From the NCBI GenBank assembly GCA_001873435.1, contig MNZB01000002.1:1620-65619 (forward strand): 64,000 nucleotides of DNA. Direction: 5' to 3'. This DNA comes from Candidatus Pacebacteria bacterium CG2_30_36_39. GTDB lineage: Bacteria; Patescibacteriota; Microgenomatia; UBA1400; PJMF01. Below the pieces are notes generated by a model. It was not told the DNA's origin. It saw only the letters and a list, made by a program, of their open reading frames with translations, and made no database searches. Numbering within the stretch: position 1 is the stretch's first letter; every line of letters begins with the position of its first letter. The position numbers and the translations under genes were made by a program. Of this stretch, positions 18,242-28,362 are shown in pieces.

Positions 18242-18633
18242 AAATCATGAATAATGAGTGGTTCACATCTGTTGTTAGGTATGGAAGTAAAGATGGTACC
18301 AAACATCTTTATCCCACTGTTAATTTGGATCCATTGGTTCTTCCAAAAAATTTAAAAAGAGGTGTTTATGCCAGCTGGGTTAGAGTTAATGGAATTACCT
18401 ATCCTGGTGCTGCATATTTTGGTCCCAGGATAATTAAAGAAGAATCTTTTGATGTTTTAGAAATTTATATTTTAGATTTTTCTGCAAAAATTTATGGTGA
18501 GAAAATAGATTTTAAATTAGAGCAATTTATAAGAGGTGTAATGGATTTTACAGATTTTTCAAAACTTAAGGAGCAGATTACAGCAGACGTATTAAATATA
18601 CAGAGAGTTCTGCATGTTCAAATTAAAGATTGA
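18238..18633 (+). CDS. Riboflavin kinase domain protein (monofunctional RibF C-domain-like)
   Basis: PTVNL..., GVYASWVRV...YPGAAYFGPR, LEIYILDF...IYGEKIDFKLEQFIRGV.DF.DFS.LKEQI.AD follow the flavokinase pattern. Start overlaps the previous stop (ATGA). Confidence 0.55.
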   Translation: MKIMNNEWFTSVVRYGSKDGTKHLYPTVNLDPLVLPKNLKRGVYASWVRVNGITYPGAAYFGPRIIKEESFDVLEIYILDFSAKIYGEKIDFKLEQFIRGVMDFTDFSKLKEQITADVLNIQRVLHVQIKD

Positions 18634-19525
18634 TGGTCCGTTGCTAATCATAATAGCTGCTGCCCTATGGGCTTTTGATGGTGTCTTGCGTCGTGGTTTA
18701 TATACTTTACCCCCACTACAAATAGTGTTTTTGGAGCATTTAGTTGGGAGTATTTTATTACTTCCTTTTTTGCGTAAAATTGTTTGGCAGGATTTCGGCA
18801 AGGTTTGGCGTGAAATGTTATTGGTAATTATTTTAAGTGGTTTGCTTGGTACCTTGTTATTTACAGCTGCTTTGCAACAAGTATTTTTTATTTCTTTTAG
18901 TGTGGTTTTTCTTTTACAAAAATTGCAACCATTGTTTGCTATAGCCTCAGCAAAAATATTACTGAGTGAGAAGTTTTCTAAAAAATATTGGTGGTGGGCT
19001 GGATTGGCATTGATTGCTGCTTATTTTGTTACTTTTCCCACTGGTTCAGTTTCTTTGAGTGAACAAGGTAATAATATTAGAGCAGCTCTGTATGCCCTTG
19101 GCGCTGCTTTTGCCTGGGGTGTTTCTACTACTTTTTCAAAAAAAGTTTTATTAGAACTGCCTTCATCGCAGGCAACAGCTCTTAGGTTTGTAGGAACGAG
19201 TTTATTAGCCGGATTGGCATTGATTATTTTTCATCCAAGTACTCTTGCTATGCCAAATTTATCTCAATGGAGTAGTTTGATTTTTATAGCTTGCTCAACT
19301 GGTATGGTGGCGCTATTTCTTTATTACAAGGGTTTACAGAAAACATCTGTTAAAACTTCAACTCTTTTGGAATTAGTTTTTCCAGTTTTAGCTGTGGGTA
19401 TTGATGCTTGGTTGTACAAGAGTTTTTTACAGCCAGTTCAAATTTTGGGAGCTTTAATTCTTTTATTTGCGCTATCAAGAGTAGTTAATGTTTCCGAGCA
19501 AAGGAATAAGTTCTCTCAGGTCTAA
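18614..19525 (+). CDS. EamA/DMT-family transporter
   Basis: Ten predicted TMs in two EamA-like halves. Confidence 0.5.
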   Translation: MFKLKIDGPLLIIIAAALWAFDGVLRRGLYTLPPLQIVFLEHLVGSILLLPFLRKIVWQDFGKVWREMLLVIILSGLLGTLLFTAALQQVFFISFSVVFLLQKLQPLFAIASAKILLSEKFSKKYWWWAGLALIAAYFVTFPTGSVSLSEQGNNIRAALYALGAAFAWGVSTTFSKKVLLELPSSQATALRFVGTSLLAGLALIIFHPSTLAMPNLSQWSSLIFIACSTGMVALFLYYKGLQKTSVKTSTLLELVFPVLAVGIDAWLYKSFLQPVQILGALILLFALSRVVNVSEQRNKFSQV

Positions 19526-20113
19526 TAAAGTATAGCGAGAAGTTAATAATTCTTTTGCTTGTTGTGGGTCTCTAACGATTCTTAAAGCCACAATGTGTGG
19601 AAATTGTTCAAGATATTCAATTACACTTTGTTTATCATCAATAATGATGGTGCCTTTTGGTAAACTTTCAATAACTGTTGGATTAAGTTTTCGACGTAAT
19701 ATATGGCGCTGGTTTGAATCAAAAAATTCTAATAAGCCATTGACTCTTAATTTGTGTTCTTGAAAATCTTGATAGCCTTCAGAAAATAGTCCTAGGCTAT
19801 ATTTTTCATGTCTAAGAGTTGCAAGGACATCTCTAACTTCTGGAAATAAACAAAGCTCAAAGTTTCTAGGGTGCCAAAAGGCTTCTTTGAGTTCTACAAA
19901 AGGTACTTGAAATTTTTTTCCCAATTTTTGTAAATAATCATCGGTAGAAAAATCACTACCACTTTCTAAGTTATTCAGATATTCAAGACGAAATTTTTCA
20001 ATTTGGGCAATGGGAGAATCTGTGGCTAAGGCCATGGTTTTTACTTGCAATCGTTTTAATAATTGGGTATTAATTATTGTGTCGTCGATGTCAAATAAAA
20101 TGAGTGGTGCCAT
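19475..20113 (-). CDS. HAD-superfamily hydrolase
   Basis: Motif I LILFDIDDTII (DxDxT). Convergent 51-nt overlap with the EamA gene. Confidence 0.6.
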   Translation of the reverse strand: MAPLILFDIDDTIINTQLLKRLQVKTMALATDSPIAQIEKFRLEYLNNLESGSDFSTDDYLQKLGKKFQVPFVELKEAFWHPRNFELCLFPEVRDVLATLRHEKYSLGLFSEGYQDFQEHKLRVNGLLEFFDSNQRHILRRKLNPTVIESLPKGTIIIDDKQSVIEYLEQFPHIVALRIVRDPQQAKELLTSRYTLLDLRELIPLLGNINYS

Positions 20114-20153
20114 TGAGCTAAGTATACAAGATTTTTTGTTTTAAGCAAAAAAA

Positions 20154-21206
20154 TTAATGGAAAAAAGCTAATTTCTTTTTATGTTTTGCTCTTGGGATTG
20201 GTTCTTTTGGAATATTTTTTTTCTTAGTAAATACTACTGTGGCAATAAAAGTGGTAATTGGAGCAGCTAATACAACTCCCACCGAACCACTAAGTGTTCT
20301 AACTATTTCTTCAGCGATAACTTCAAAATTTAAAACTTGGAGAGTGGAAGAGTTTGAGGTTAAAAATAATAGTAAAAGTGGTAATGAGGCTCCTGCATAA
20401 ACTAACACCAGAGTATTTACCATTGAGGAAACATGATCTTGCCCAACTCTAGTGGCACGAATAAACAATTCTCTAAAAGACATATCTGGATCAGCTTCTT
20501 TAAGCTGTTGGACAAAAGACGATTGAGAGACTGCTACGTCATCTAATGTTCCAAGTAAACTAATAATAATACCTGCCAAAAGTAGACCACGAATATCAAT
20601 TGAGTTTTGGGTCATTACACTTAAAAAACCAGCTTCTTCAGAGGCAAAACCAGTTAATTTAGCTCTATCCATGAAATTAGCAGCTAATAATCCAGATATA
20701 ACTAAAGCAATAATAGTGCCAACTACTGCAATATGAGTTTTGGTTTTAATACCATGAGAGATGTAAAAAGTAATGGGTACAATAATAAAAGAGCCGATAA
20801 TTGTAGCTAATAATGGATTCCAGCCATGAACAATCATTGGCAAGATCATGCCAAAAATCACAAAGAAAGAAGCAATTAGGGATATTAGAGACCTAAAACC
20901 CCACCATTTTCCTATTAAGATTACTAATAAAGCAAAAATAGCTCCAAGTTGAAATAAGGCTGGTCTACGAACATAGTCGGTGATTAACCAGTTTAAAGTT
21001 TCTGGTTCTTGTTGTAAAACTACTTGCTCTTTTACAGAATATGGATTCCATCTTGAAAAAGGCATTTGTGAATTAATAATCTGCACTGATTCTTCGGAGT
21101 CATTTATTTTTAGCTCTAGCTTTTGAAATTCCAGAGAATTTGTTCCATCAAAATTTTTTCCTTGATCAATAATTTTAGTGATTGTTGCTTCTTTTGTGCT
21201 TTGCAT
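20154..21206 (-). CDS. Polytopic membrane protein (possibly YibE/F-like)
   Basis: Hydrophilic N-terminal ~100 aa followed by ~8 TMs. Family assignment is weak. Confidence 0.3.
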   Translation of the reverse strand: MQSTKEATITKIIDQGKNFDGTNSLEFQKLELKINDSEESVQIINSQMPFSRWNPYSVKEQVVLQQEPETLNWLITDYVRRPALFQLGAIFALLVILIGKWWGFRSLISLIASFFVIFGMILPMIVHGWNPLLATIIGSFIIVPITFYISHGIKTKTHIAVVGTIIALVISGLLAANFMDRAKLTGFASEEAGFLSVMTQNSIDIRGLLLAGIIISLLGTLDDVAVSQSSFVQQLKEADPDMSFRELFIRATRVGQDHVSSMVNTLVLVYAGASLPLLLLFLTSNSSTLQVLNFEVIAEEIVRTLSGSVGVVLAAPITTFIATVVFTKKKNIPKEPIPRAKHKKKLAFFH

Positions 21207-21270
21207 AATCGAGAAATAGGGTAGTATTATGTTTAACTATACACATATATCATAACAAGGAAAAAATATA

Positions 21271-22995
21271 ATGACTGACGCTATTACTGGTCCTCAATTA
21301 ATTAAAACAAAACAGGTTTTAGAGCCTAAGATTGACAAAAAAACTCCTTTTACCACAACGTCACTTAAATATACTGGTCGTAGACCAATTATCTTGCTTA
21401 TTTTAGACGGTTGGGGCATTGGTCCTAAGACTGCTGGCAATGCAGTTGAATTAGCCAAAACACCCACTATGGATTCTCTTTGGTTGGAATATCCACATAC
21501 TCAATTGGGAGCCAGTGGTGAGTATGTTGGTTTGCCAAAAGGTGTTGATGGTAATTCAGAAACCGGTCATATGAATATTGGTGCTGGGAGAATTGTTCAA
21601 CAAAGTTTACCAAGAATTTCTAATGATATTGAGTCTGGTGCGTTTTATAAAAATGAAGTTTTGCTTAAAGCTTGCGAAAAAGTTAAAAGTTCAGGTGGAA
21701 CTTTGCACTTAATGGGGTTGGTTGGTCCAGGTTTTGTTCATTCTAGTTTGGAGCATTTAAAAGCTTTGCTTAAATTAGCTCAGCAACAAGGTATTTCTCA
21801 AGTGGAAGTCCATGCTTTTACTGATGGACGTGATTCTCCACCAAATATTGGTTTGCAAACTTTGCAGCAGCTTGAAGATGATATGAACCAGTTGGGTGTG
21901 GGTAGAATCGCTTCAATTATGGGTCGTTTTTATGCTATGGATCGTGATCGTAATTGGGATAGAACTCAAAAAGCATATGATGCACTGAGTTTGGGGAAAG
22001 GTGAAATTACTGCTAATTGGCAGGCTTCAGTGCAAAGATCTTATGATCATCAAATTACCGATGAATTTATTGAACCAATAATTGTTAAGCATGATGATGG
22101 TTCTTTGCCAGTAGTTAATGATAATGATGTGGCAATAATTTTTAATTTTAGAGTCGATCGTCCTCGTCAAATTTCGTGGGCTTTTTCTTTACCAGATTTT
22201 GAATATAGAGATTTATCCGGAGGAAGTTCTGGTAAACAGCTCACGGCTGAACAATTGAATGGTTTGGAAGTTAGAAATTTTGTTAGGCAAAAGAAGTATA
22301 TGGATTTATTGTTTGTGACTATGACTGATTATGATAAAGACCTTGAAATTACTAAGGTTTTTGCAAGAGAAGATGTGAGTGTTAATCTTGGTAAAGTTTT
22401 ATCTGAAGCGGGAGTGCGTCAACTGCGTTTGACTGAGACTGAAAAAGAAAAAATGGTAACTTATTATATTGATGGCAAGCAGGAGGCTGCTTATCCAGGT
22501 GAGCATTGGTTGATTTTTCCTTCAAAAAAAACCAAGTCATATGCTGATATTCCAGAGATGTCCGCCAAAGAAATAAGTGAGGCTTTAATTAGAGAAATTC
22601 AAGACGAAAGTTTTGATGTTGCTATTGTTAATATTTGTAATGGGGATATGGTTGGTCATACTGGGGTTCTAAAAGCAGGTATTACTGCTTGTGAATTAGT
22701 AGATCAAGAAGTTAGAAGAATTTCTGATGAGGTTCTTAAGAAAAATGGTATGTTAATTATCACTGCCGATCACGGTAATGTTGAAGAAATGATTGATAAT
22801 GAAACAGGGGAAATAGATACTGCTCATTCTATTTATCCAGTACCTTGTATTTTTGTGGCTCCAGAATTAGAAAAGAAAATTGTAACTTTGAAACCAGGTA
22901 TTTTGGCAGACCTAGCTCCAACGATTATTGATATTGCTGGACTAAAAAAGCCTGAAGAGATGACTGGTCGAGCTTTGTTGCATTTTGATGAGTAA
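21271..22995 (+). CDS. gpmI: 2,3-bisphosphoglycerate-independent phosphoglycerate mutase
   Basis: ILLILDGWGIGP metal-site block. Full-length iPGM architecture. Confidence 0.9.
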   Translation: MTDAITGPQLIKTKQVLEPKIDKKTPFTTTSLKYTGRRPIILLILDGWGIGPKTAGNAVELAKTPTMDSLWLEYPHTQLGASGEYVGLPKGVDGNSETGHMNIGAGRIVQQSLPRISNDIESGAFYKNEVLLKACEKVKSSGGTLHLMGLVGPGFVHSSLEHLKALLKLAQQQGISQVEVHAFTDGRDSPPNIGLQTLQQLEDDMNQLGVGRIASIMGRFYAMDRDRNWDRTQKAYDALSLGKGEITANWQASVQRSYDHQITDEFIEPIIVKHDDGSLPVVNDNDVAIIFNFRVDRPRQISWAFSLPDFEYRDLSGGSSGKQLTAEQLNGLEVRNFVRQKKYMDLLFVTMTDYDKDLEITKVFAREDVSVNLGKVLSEAGVRQLRLTETEKEKMVTYYIDGKQEAAYPGEHWLIFPSKKTKSYADIPEMSAKEISEALIREIQDESFDVAIVNICNGDMVGHTGVLKAGITACELVDQEVRRISDEVLKKNGMLIITADHGNVEEMIDNETGEIDTAHSIYPVPCIFVAPELEKKIVTLKPGILADLAPTIIDIAGLKKPEEMTGRALLHFDE

Positions 22996-23019
22996 TGGCC
23001 TGCCAATAAAGGAAAATAA

Positions 23020-24219
23020 ATGAGTAATCTGCAGTCTGTGCCACTAGCAGCTCGTTTGCGACCCAATGATCTTAGTGAATTTATTGGTCAAGATCATTTA
23101 GTTGGAGAGGGCAAGCCTTTGCGGGTGATGTCAGAGATGGGCTCAGTGACTAGTATGATTTTTTGGGGTCCTCCAGGTGTTGGTAAAACTACGTTGGCGA
23201 GAATTTTAGCCCAAAAAACTGGTCATGATTTTGTTGAACTTTCTGCAGTAAGTGCTGGTAAGGGTGATGTTAGAAAAATTGTTGAAGAAACAAGAGCACA
23301 AAGGCAGTTGTCACAATCATATAATTCTCCAGTTTTGTTTTTGGACGAGATCCATAGATTTAATAAGATTCAACAGGATTATTTATTGCCATATGTTGAA
23401 GATGGTACTTTGATTTTAATTGGTGCTACAACAGAGAATCCAAGTTTTCAAGTTATTTCTCCACTTTTATCTCGCGCTAGGGTTTATGTTTTGCAATCAT
23501 TAAAAGAAGAAGAGATGTTGTTGGTGATTGAAAGAGCTTTATTACTGCTGAAAAAAGAAACTGGTAAAAAGAAAATTACTATTAACAAAGAAGCTAAGGA
23601 TTGGTTGCTGCGTTTTGCTGACGGTGATGCAAGGCAGCTTTTAAGTATTATCGAACATACTTATGATTTATATGGAGATTTGAAGATTGAGTCACTAAAA
23701 AATGCTTTACAGTCACAACATCTTCGCTATGACCAGCATGGTGAAGAACATCACAATACGATTAGTGCTTTTATTAAGAGTATGAGAGCCAGCGATCCGA
23801 ATGCGGCTGTTTATTATTTATCTAGAATGGTTGCGGCTGGAGAGGATCCATTGTTTATTGCTCGTCGAATGGTGATTTTTGCTAGTGAAGATATTGGTAT
23901 GGCTCAGCCAACTGCTTTGGTAGTGGCGAATGAAGTATTTCGGGCTTGTCAAACAATTGGTTATCCTGAGTGTGCGATTAATTTGTCTCATGGAGCTATT
24001 TATTTGGCTTCTGCCAAAAAAGATCGACGTGCCTATGATGCACTAAGAGCAGCTCAATTTGATGTGCAAAAACTTGGAAACTTACCCATTCCAATGGAAT
24101 TGCGAAATCCAGTTACTGATTTAATGAAACAGCAAGGATATGGTAAGGGTTACGAAATGTATCCTAAGGGTGTAAATTTTCTTCCAGATAAGCTAAAGAA
24201 AAAGAAATATTTTAAGTAG
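23020..24219 (+). CDS. rarA: Replication-associated recombination protein A (AAA+ ATPase)
   Basis: LARLRPNDLSEFIGQDHLVG..., Walker A GPPGVGKTTLARILA. Full RarA/MgsA length. Confidence 0.9.
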   Translation: MSNLQSVPLAARLRPNDLSEFIGQDHLVGEGKPLRVMSEMGSVTSMIFWGPPGVGKTTLARILAQKTGHDFVELSAVSAGKGDVRKIVEETRAQRQLSQSYNSPVLFLDEIHRFNKIQQDYLLPYVEDGTLILIGATTENPSFQVISPLLSRARVYVLQSLKEEEMLLVIERALLLLKKETGKKKITINKEAKDWLLRFADGDARQLLSIIEHTYDLYGDLKIESLKNALQSQHLRYDQHGEEHHNTISAFIKSMRASDPNAAVYYLSRMVAAGEDPLFIARRMVIFASEDIGMAQPTALVVANEVFRACQTIGYPECAINLSHGAIYLASAKKDRRAYDALRAAQFDVQKLGNLPIPMELRNPVTDLMKQQGYGKGYEMYPKGVNFLPDKLKKKKYFK

Positions 24220-24481
24220 CTTGAGCGGTATAACCAAGGCTCTTGATTGTTGCTAAAATTTTTTCTAAATCAATTTTTTTTGGATCAAAACTGATTTTTG
24301 TTTCTGCTTTGGCATAATTGGTATGAACATCTTTAACACCACTAAGTTCTTCCAGTTCTCCATCTATGGCCATACTACAGCTGGTGCAGTGCATACCAAT
24401 GATTTTTAGAGTAGAGTGTTGAATTGAATTTTGTGACTCTACTTTATCTGTTGGATTATTTTTTTTGAAAAATCTAAACAT
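24212..24481 (-). CDS. copZ: Heavy-metal-associated (HMA) copper chaperone, CopZ-like
   Basis: GMHCTSCSMAIDGELEEL (MxCxxC) ferredoxin-like HMA domain. Last gene of the cop operon. Confidence 0.8.
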   Translation of the reverse strand: MFRFFKKNNPTDKVESQNSIQHSTLKIIGMHCTSCSMAIDGELEELSGVKDVHTNYAKAETKISFDPKKIDLEKILATIKSLGYTAQAT

Positions 24482-24501
24482 TATTTTTTCCTTAATTTTA
24501 T

Positions 24502-25608
24502 TTATTCTACAACTTCTAATACACCTGAATACATGCCCATTGAGCAGGTATAGCGATATCTTCCAACTTTGGTTGGAGTAAAGTTAAATGATTGTTTATC
24601 TGTGGAATCCAACATAGTTCTAATGCCAAATTCTTTGAATATGAAGGATAAGGCACAAGAATAAGTTCCATTGCTATTGAGGGTGAACTGAACTGGAATA
24701 TCCTTTTTTACTTTGACGTAACTAGGGCTATATCCTTGATTGAGAACTTGAATGACTACTTGCTGTATTCCATCTACTACTTTAACAGTACTCTCAACCT
24801 TATTATTGCTTTTTGTTTTATTAAATCTTTCTACTGAAAAAAAGTATCTAACTGGATAAGTAATTTTTTGAATAGTAAATGGTACGTCTGCAACCACCAA
24901 AGCTCCATTTAGGGTGTAAATAGCCATAAAGATTAATGTGTAACTTGCTACTCTTGTAAAAATATCATGCCAAGTTTCTGAAAGTTTTGCGGTAGCGATA
25001 CCAATGATTGTAAATAAGGGAACTGTGCCAAGAACAAAAGCCATTAGAGTGAGAGCACCAATTAAGGGGTTGCCACTGTTAATAGCTAATACTTCCATAG
25101 CTTGAGTGACGCCGCATGGTACAAAAATGGTAAATAGGCCTAATACAAAGGGGGCAAATAGTGATGCTTGTTTGCTGTTGCCTTTAAGCATTTTGCGTAC
25201 CCATTTTGGTGGTTGAAATGCTAAGTAACGAAAGATGGGGTGAACATTGAGTAAGTTCATGGCTGATGCAAACATGAATAAAGCAGTTATTCCTTGGAAG
25301 ACTAATTTTGTGTTTAGGCTTAAAGTTAAAAATGATCCAAGCCAGCCAAGCATGAAGCCTAGGATTGTGTGGGAGATTAGTTTGCCTACTAAAAATAGTA
25401 TTACTGGTAGCCAGTCAGCAGTGTCTATTTTAGTAATTGGTTGTTGAGAATTAAGATATTTGTTTCTTCTTTTTTCTTTTTCAGAAAGAGTTTCTAGTTC
25501 TTGTTTTTTTTGATTGGAAATTACACTGGCTAATAAGCCACCTTGAACTGCAAGACAGGATAGGCCACCAGTGGTTAATCCAGTTAAAAAGATAAATAAG
25601 AATTCCAT
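24502..25608 (-). CDS. DsbD_2/MerT-like paired-Cys membrane protein fused to a C-terminal cupredoxin_1-like beta-sandwich (degenerate Cu ligands)
   Basis: N-terminal GLTTGGLSCLAVQGGLL and a later TM FVPCGVTQA. The C-terminal VKKDIPVQFTL...FNFTPTKVGRYRYTCSMGMYSGVLEVV follows the cupredoxin_1 pattern, but the His/Cys ligands are replaced. Confidence 0.45.
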   Translation of the reverse strand: MEFLFIFLTGLTTGGLSCLAVQGGLLASVISNQKKQELETLSEKEKRRNKYLNSQQPITKIDTADWLPVILFLVGKLISHTILGFMLGWLGSFLTLSLNTKLVFQGITALFMFASAMNLLNVHPIFRYLAFQPPKWVRKMLKGNSKQASLFAPFVLGLFTIFVPCGVTQAMEVLAINSGNPLIGALTLMAFVLGTVPLFTIIGIATAKLSETWHDIFTRVASYTLIFMAIYTLNGALVVADVPFTIQKITYPVRYFFSVERFNKTKSNNKVESTVKVVDGIQQVVIQVLNQGYSPSYVKVKKDIPVQFTLNSNGTYSCALSFIFKEFGIRTMLDSTDKQSFNFTPTKVGRYRYTCSMGMYSGVLEVVE

Positions 25609-25618
25609 AAATTTTTTC

Positions 25619-27871
25619 CTAAATTAATTTTACTTTTTTTAATCTTAAAGCATTACTAACCACAGAAACACTAGAAAAAGCCATTGCTATTCCAGCCATG
25701 ATTGGGTTGAGTTGAATTCCAAAAGTTGGATATAAAGCTCCCATAGCTACTGGGATTAATAATACATTGTAACCAAAGGCCCAAAATAGATTTTGGTAAA
25801 TATTATTCATGGTTGATTGTGACAACTTTAAAGCTTGAGGAACCAAAGCAATGTCACTGCGGAGTAAAGTAATACCAGCTGATTCGATGGCGACATCAGT
25901 ACCATTACCCATGGCTATGCCAACATCTGCTGTAGCAAGAGCCGGGGCATCGTTGATGCCATCACCGACCATAGCAACTTTACCAAATCTTTTTTGTAGT
26001 TCTCTAATAACTTGTTCTTTTTCATGAGGTAATACTTCTGCTTTAAATTCACTAATACCAAGCTTTTTAGCAATGCTTGCAGCTGTTTGGGTATTGTCTC
26101 CAGTTAATAAGATAGGAGTAATATGTTGTTGCTGAAGTTGGTTAATAACACTAACTGCTTTTTCTTTTAGAGTGTCAGCAATAGCAATTATCGCCATTAA
26201 TTTATTTTGTAGTGCTATAAAAATTACTGTTTCTCCACGGTTTTTCCACTCCGTGGCTTTGGTTGAGATTTCTTTAGAAATTTTAATTTGTTTTTCAGCT
26301 AAAAGTTTTTCTGTACCAATTAATATTTCTTGTTTTTCATAATAAGCCGAAATGCCTTTGCCACTATGATCCATGAATTTGGAAATAGTTAGGTTGAATT
26401 TATTGTTTGGAAATTCTTTTTTTACATAGTTTGTTACAGCCATGGCTAGTGGGTGGTGAGATAGAGATTCCACGGCATAAACTAATGTTAAAAGTTTTTC
26501 TTTATTTTTAGCATTATCAATTATCATTGTTTCAGTAACACTTGGTTGGCCTTTTGTTAGAGTACCTGTTTTATCAAAAACTACTGCCTTAATTTTATTT
26601 GCTATTTCTAGGGCTTGAGCGTCTTTAATTAGGATGCCGTTTTGGGCACCTTTGCCAATGCCAACCATTAATGAGGTCGGAGTTGCTAATCCCAAGGCAC
26701 ATGGACAGGCAATGATTAATACATCGATCATGCTGATCATGGCTCTTAAAAATTTTGGTTCTGGTCCAAAGATCCACCAAATAATGAAGGTTATGAGAGA
26801 GAGAACGATTACTGCAGGAACAAAATAGCTTGCTACTGTGTCAACTAAATTTTGAATGGCCGGCCTAGATCCTTGGGCTTGTTGGACGAGTTTAATAATT
26901 TGGGCCAGTAGAGTTTCATTGCCTACTTTAGTGGCTTTCATTTCTATTGTTCCAGAGAGATTTAAAGTAGAGCCAATGACGGCTATCCCAGATTGTTTTT
27001 GTACAGGCAAACTTTCTCCTGTGACCATGCTTTCGTCTAGTGATGTTTCTCCGTTGGTAATAAGTCCATCTACTGGAATTTTTTCTCCTGGTTTTACTTG
27101 TAAAATGTCGCCTGTTTTTACTTTGTCTAGACTAATTTCTTGCCAGGAATTGCCAACTTTTATTCTTGCTGATTTTACTTGTAGTTCTAGTAATTTTTTA
27201 ATTGCTTGAGAAGTTCTAGCTTTGGCTCTAATTTCTAAGAATTTGCCTAATAAGATGAAAAAGATGATGGCGCTGGAGGCTTCAAAATATGTGTGTGCTG
27301 GTATGCCAAGGTTTTCCAACCAGTTTCCTGCTATTGCCACAAAAGTTGAGTAGCCGTAGGCAACAGAGGTTCCAAGAGCAACTAAGGTATCCATGTTGGT
27401 TGTTTTATTTTTTAGACCAGAGATTGCGCCTTGATAAAAACGTTTACCAGCCCAAAATTGAACTGGTGCAGCTATTAGTAGTTGCAGGGTGGGATTCATT
27501 AATATTTCTGGTGCAAATGGAAACATTGTTGTTAATAAGATTGAGGTTAGGCCACCACTGATCCAAAGTAGTTTTTTGAGTTTATTAAGTTCTTTTTGTT
27601 TTTCTTGTTCTGGGTCATAGGCAGAGTGGTTATGTTCATGATGTTCTAGTTCTACGATGTGGGGGGTATAGCCAATTTTGCTAACGACTTTACCTAGTTC
27701 TTCTGGTTTAACTTTGTTTTTATCAAAACTTACGAAAGCTTGTTCGTTGTTGTAGTTAACTGAGGCATTGGTTACTCCTGGTGTTTTGCGCAGTGAACGT
27801 TGGATGTTTACAGCGCAACTAGCACAGTGCATGCCGGAGACATGGAATGAGAGGTCGGTGTTTTTAGACAT
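25619..27871 (-). CDS. copA: Copper-translocating P1B-type ATPase
   Basis: N-terminal HMA GMHCASCAVNIQ. TM CPC (IACPCALGLATP), DKTGTLT, GDGINDAP. Confidence 0.9.
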   Translation of the reverse strand: MSKNTDLSFHVSGMHCASCAVNIQRSLRKTPGVTNASVNYNNEQAFVSFDKNKVKPEELGKVVSKIGYTPHIVELEHHEHNHSAYDPEQEKQKELNKLKKLLWISGGLTSILLTTMFPFAPEILMNPTLQLLIAAPVQFWAGKRFYQGAISGLKNKTTNMDTLVALGTSVAYGYSTFVAIAGNWLENLGIPAHTYFEASSAIIFFILLGKFLEIRAKARTSQAIKKLLELQVKSARIKVGNSWQEISLDKVKTGDILQVKPGEKIPVDGLITNGETSLDESMVTGESLPVQKQSGIAVIGSTLNLSGTIEMKATKVGNETLLAQIIKLVQQAQGSRPAIQNLVDTVASYFVPAVIVLSLITFIIWWIFGPEPKFLRAMISMIDVLIIACPCALGLATPTSLMVGIGKGAQNGILIKDAQALEIANKIKAVVFDKTGTLTKGQPSVTETMIIDNAKNKEKLLTLVYAVESLSHHPLAMAVTNYVKKEFPNNKFNLTISKFMDHSGKGISAYYEKQEILIGTEKLLAEKQIKISKEISTKATEWKNRGETVIFIALQNKLMAIIAIADTLKEKAVSVINQLQQQHITPILLTGDNTQTAASIAKKLGISEFKAEVLPHEKEQVIRELQKRFGKVAMVGDGINDAPALATADVGIAMGNGTDVAIESAGITLLRSDIALVPQALKLSQSTMNNIYQNLFWAFGYNVLLIPVAMGALYPTFGIQLNPIMAGIAMAFSSVSVVSNALRLKKVKLI

Positions 27872-28343
27872 ATTTTTTAGGATCTTTCTTGAATGCTTTT
27901 AGGCATCCGCTAGCGCAAAAGTAGTAGTCTTGATTATTGTGTTGATCTGAGAAACTAGCTGTTTTGGGGGAAATGCGCATGCCACAAACAGGGTCGTGAG
28001 TAAGGGGTCCTAGTTTTTTTAAATTATATTTTTGTAGATCATTTAATTTGAGCTCATGGTGGGTGTCTACTAACATTTCTCTAATGAGGTCGCTGGCTTG
28101 GATGATGTTGGGGTGGGTTAGATGATAAAAAATTTGTTTGCCGTTTTTTCTACTTTCAACTAGTCCAGCTTCTTTGAGAATCATTAAGTGTTGGCTAATG
28201 TTTGCTTGTGGTAGGTCAAGCATGTTGTGAATATCTCCAACGCACATTTCTTGATCGCGAAGTAGTTGAATAATTTCTAGGCGACGAGAGTTGGCTAGAG
28301 CTTTGAGTAGTTGTTCGTGTAAATGGAATAGTTGTTCATACAT
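27864..28343 (-). CDS. ArsR/SmtB-family HTH regulator fused to a C-terminal YHS/TRASH-type metal-binding domain
   Basis: ArsR HTH (MCVGDIHNMLDLPQANISQHLMILKEAGLVESRKNGKQIFYHL). C-terminal DPVCGMRISPK...YYFCASGCLKAFKKDPKKY matches the YHS pattern. The stop overlaps the copA start. Confidence 0.8.
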   Translation of the reverse strand: MYEQLFHLHEQLLKALANSRRLEIIQLLRDQEMCVGDIHNMLDLPQANISQHLMILKEAGLVESRKNGKQIFYHLTHPNIIQASDLIREMLVDTHHELKLNDLQKYNLKKLGPLTHDPVCGMRISPKTASFSDQHNNQDYYFCASGCLKAFKKDPKKYV

Positions 28344-28362
28344 ATTCGAATAATAGAATATG
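28341..28362. promoter_or_regulatory. Palindrome CATATTC-N8-GAATATG overlapping the ArsR-YHS start codon; adjacent direct repeats GTTTAAAGT x2 (28362-28380)
   Basis: Read directly. Candidate ArsR-type operator for the cop operon. Confidence 0.45.
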
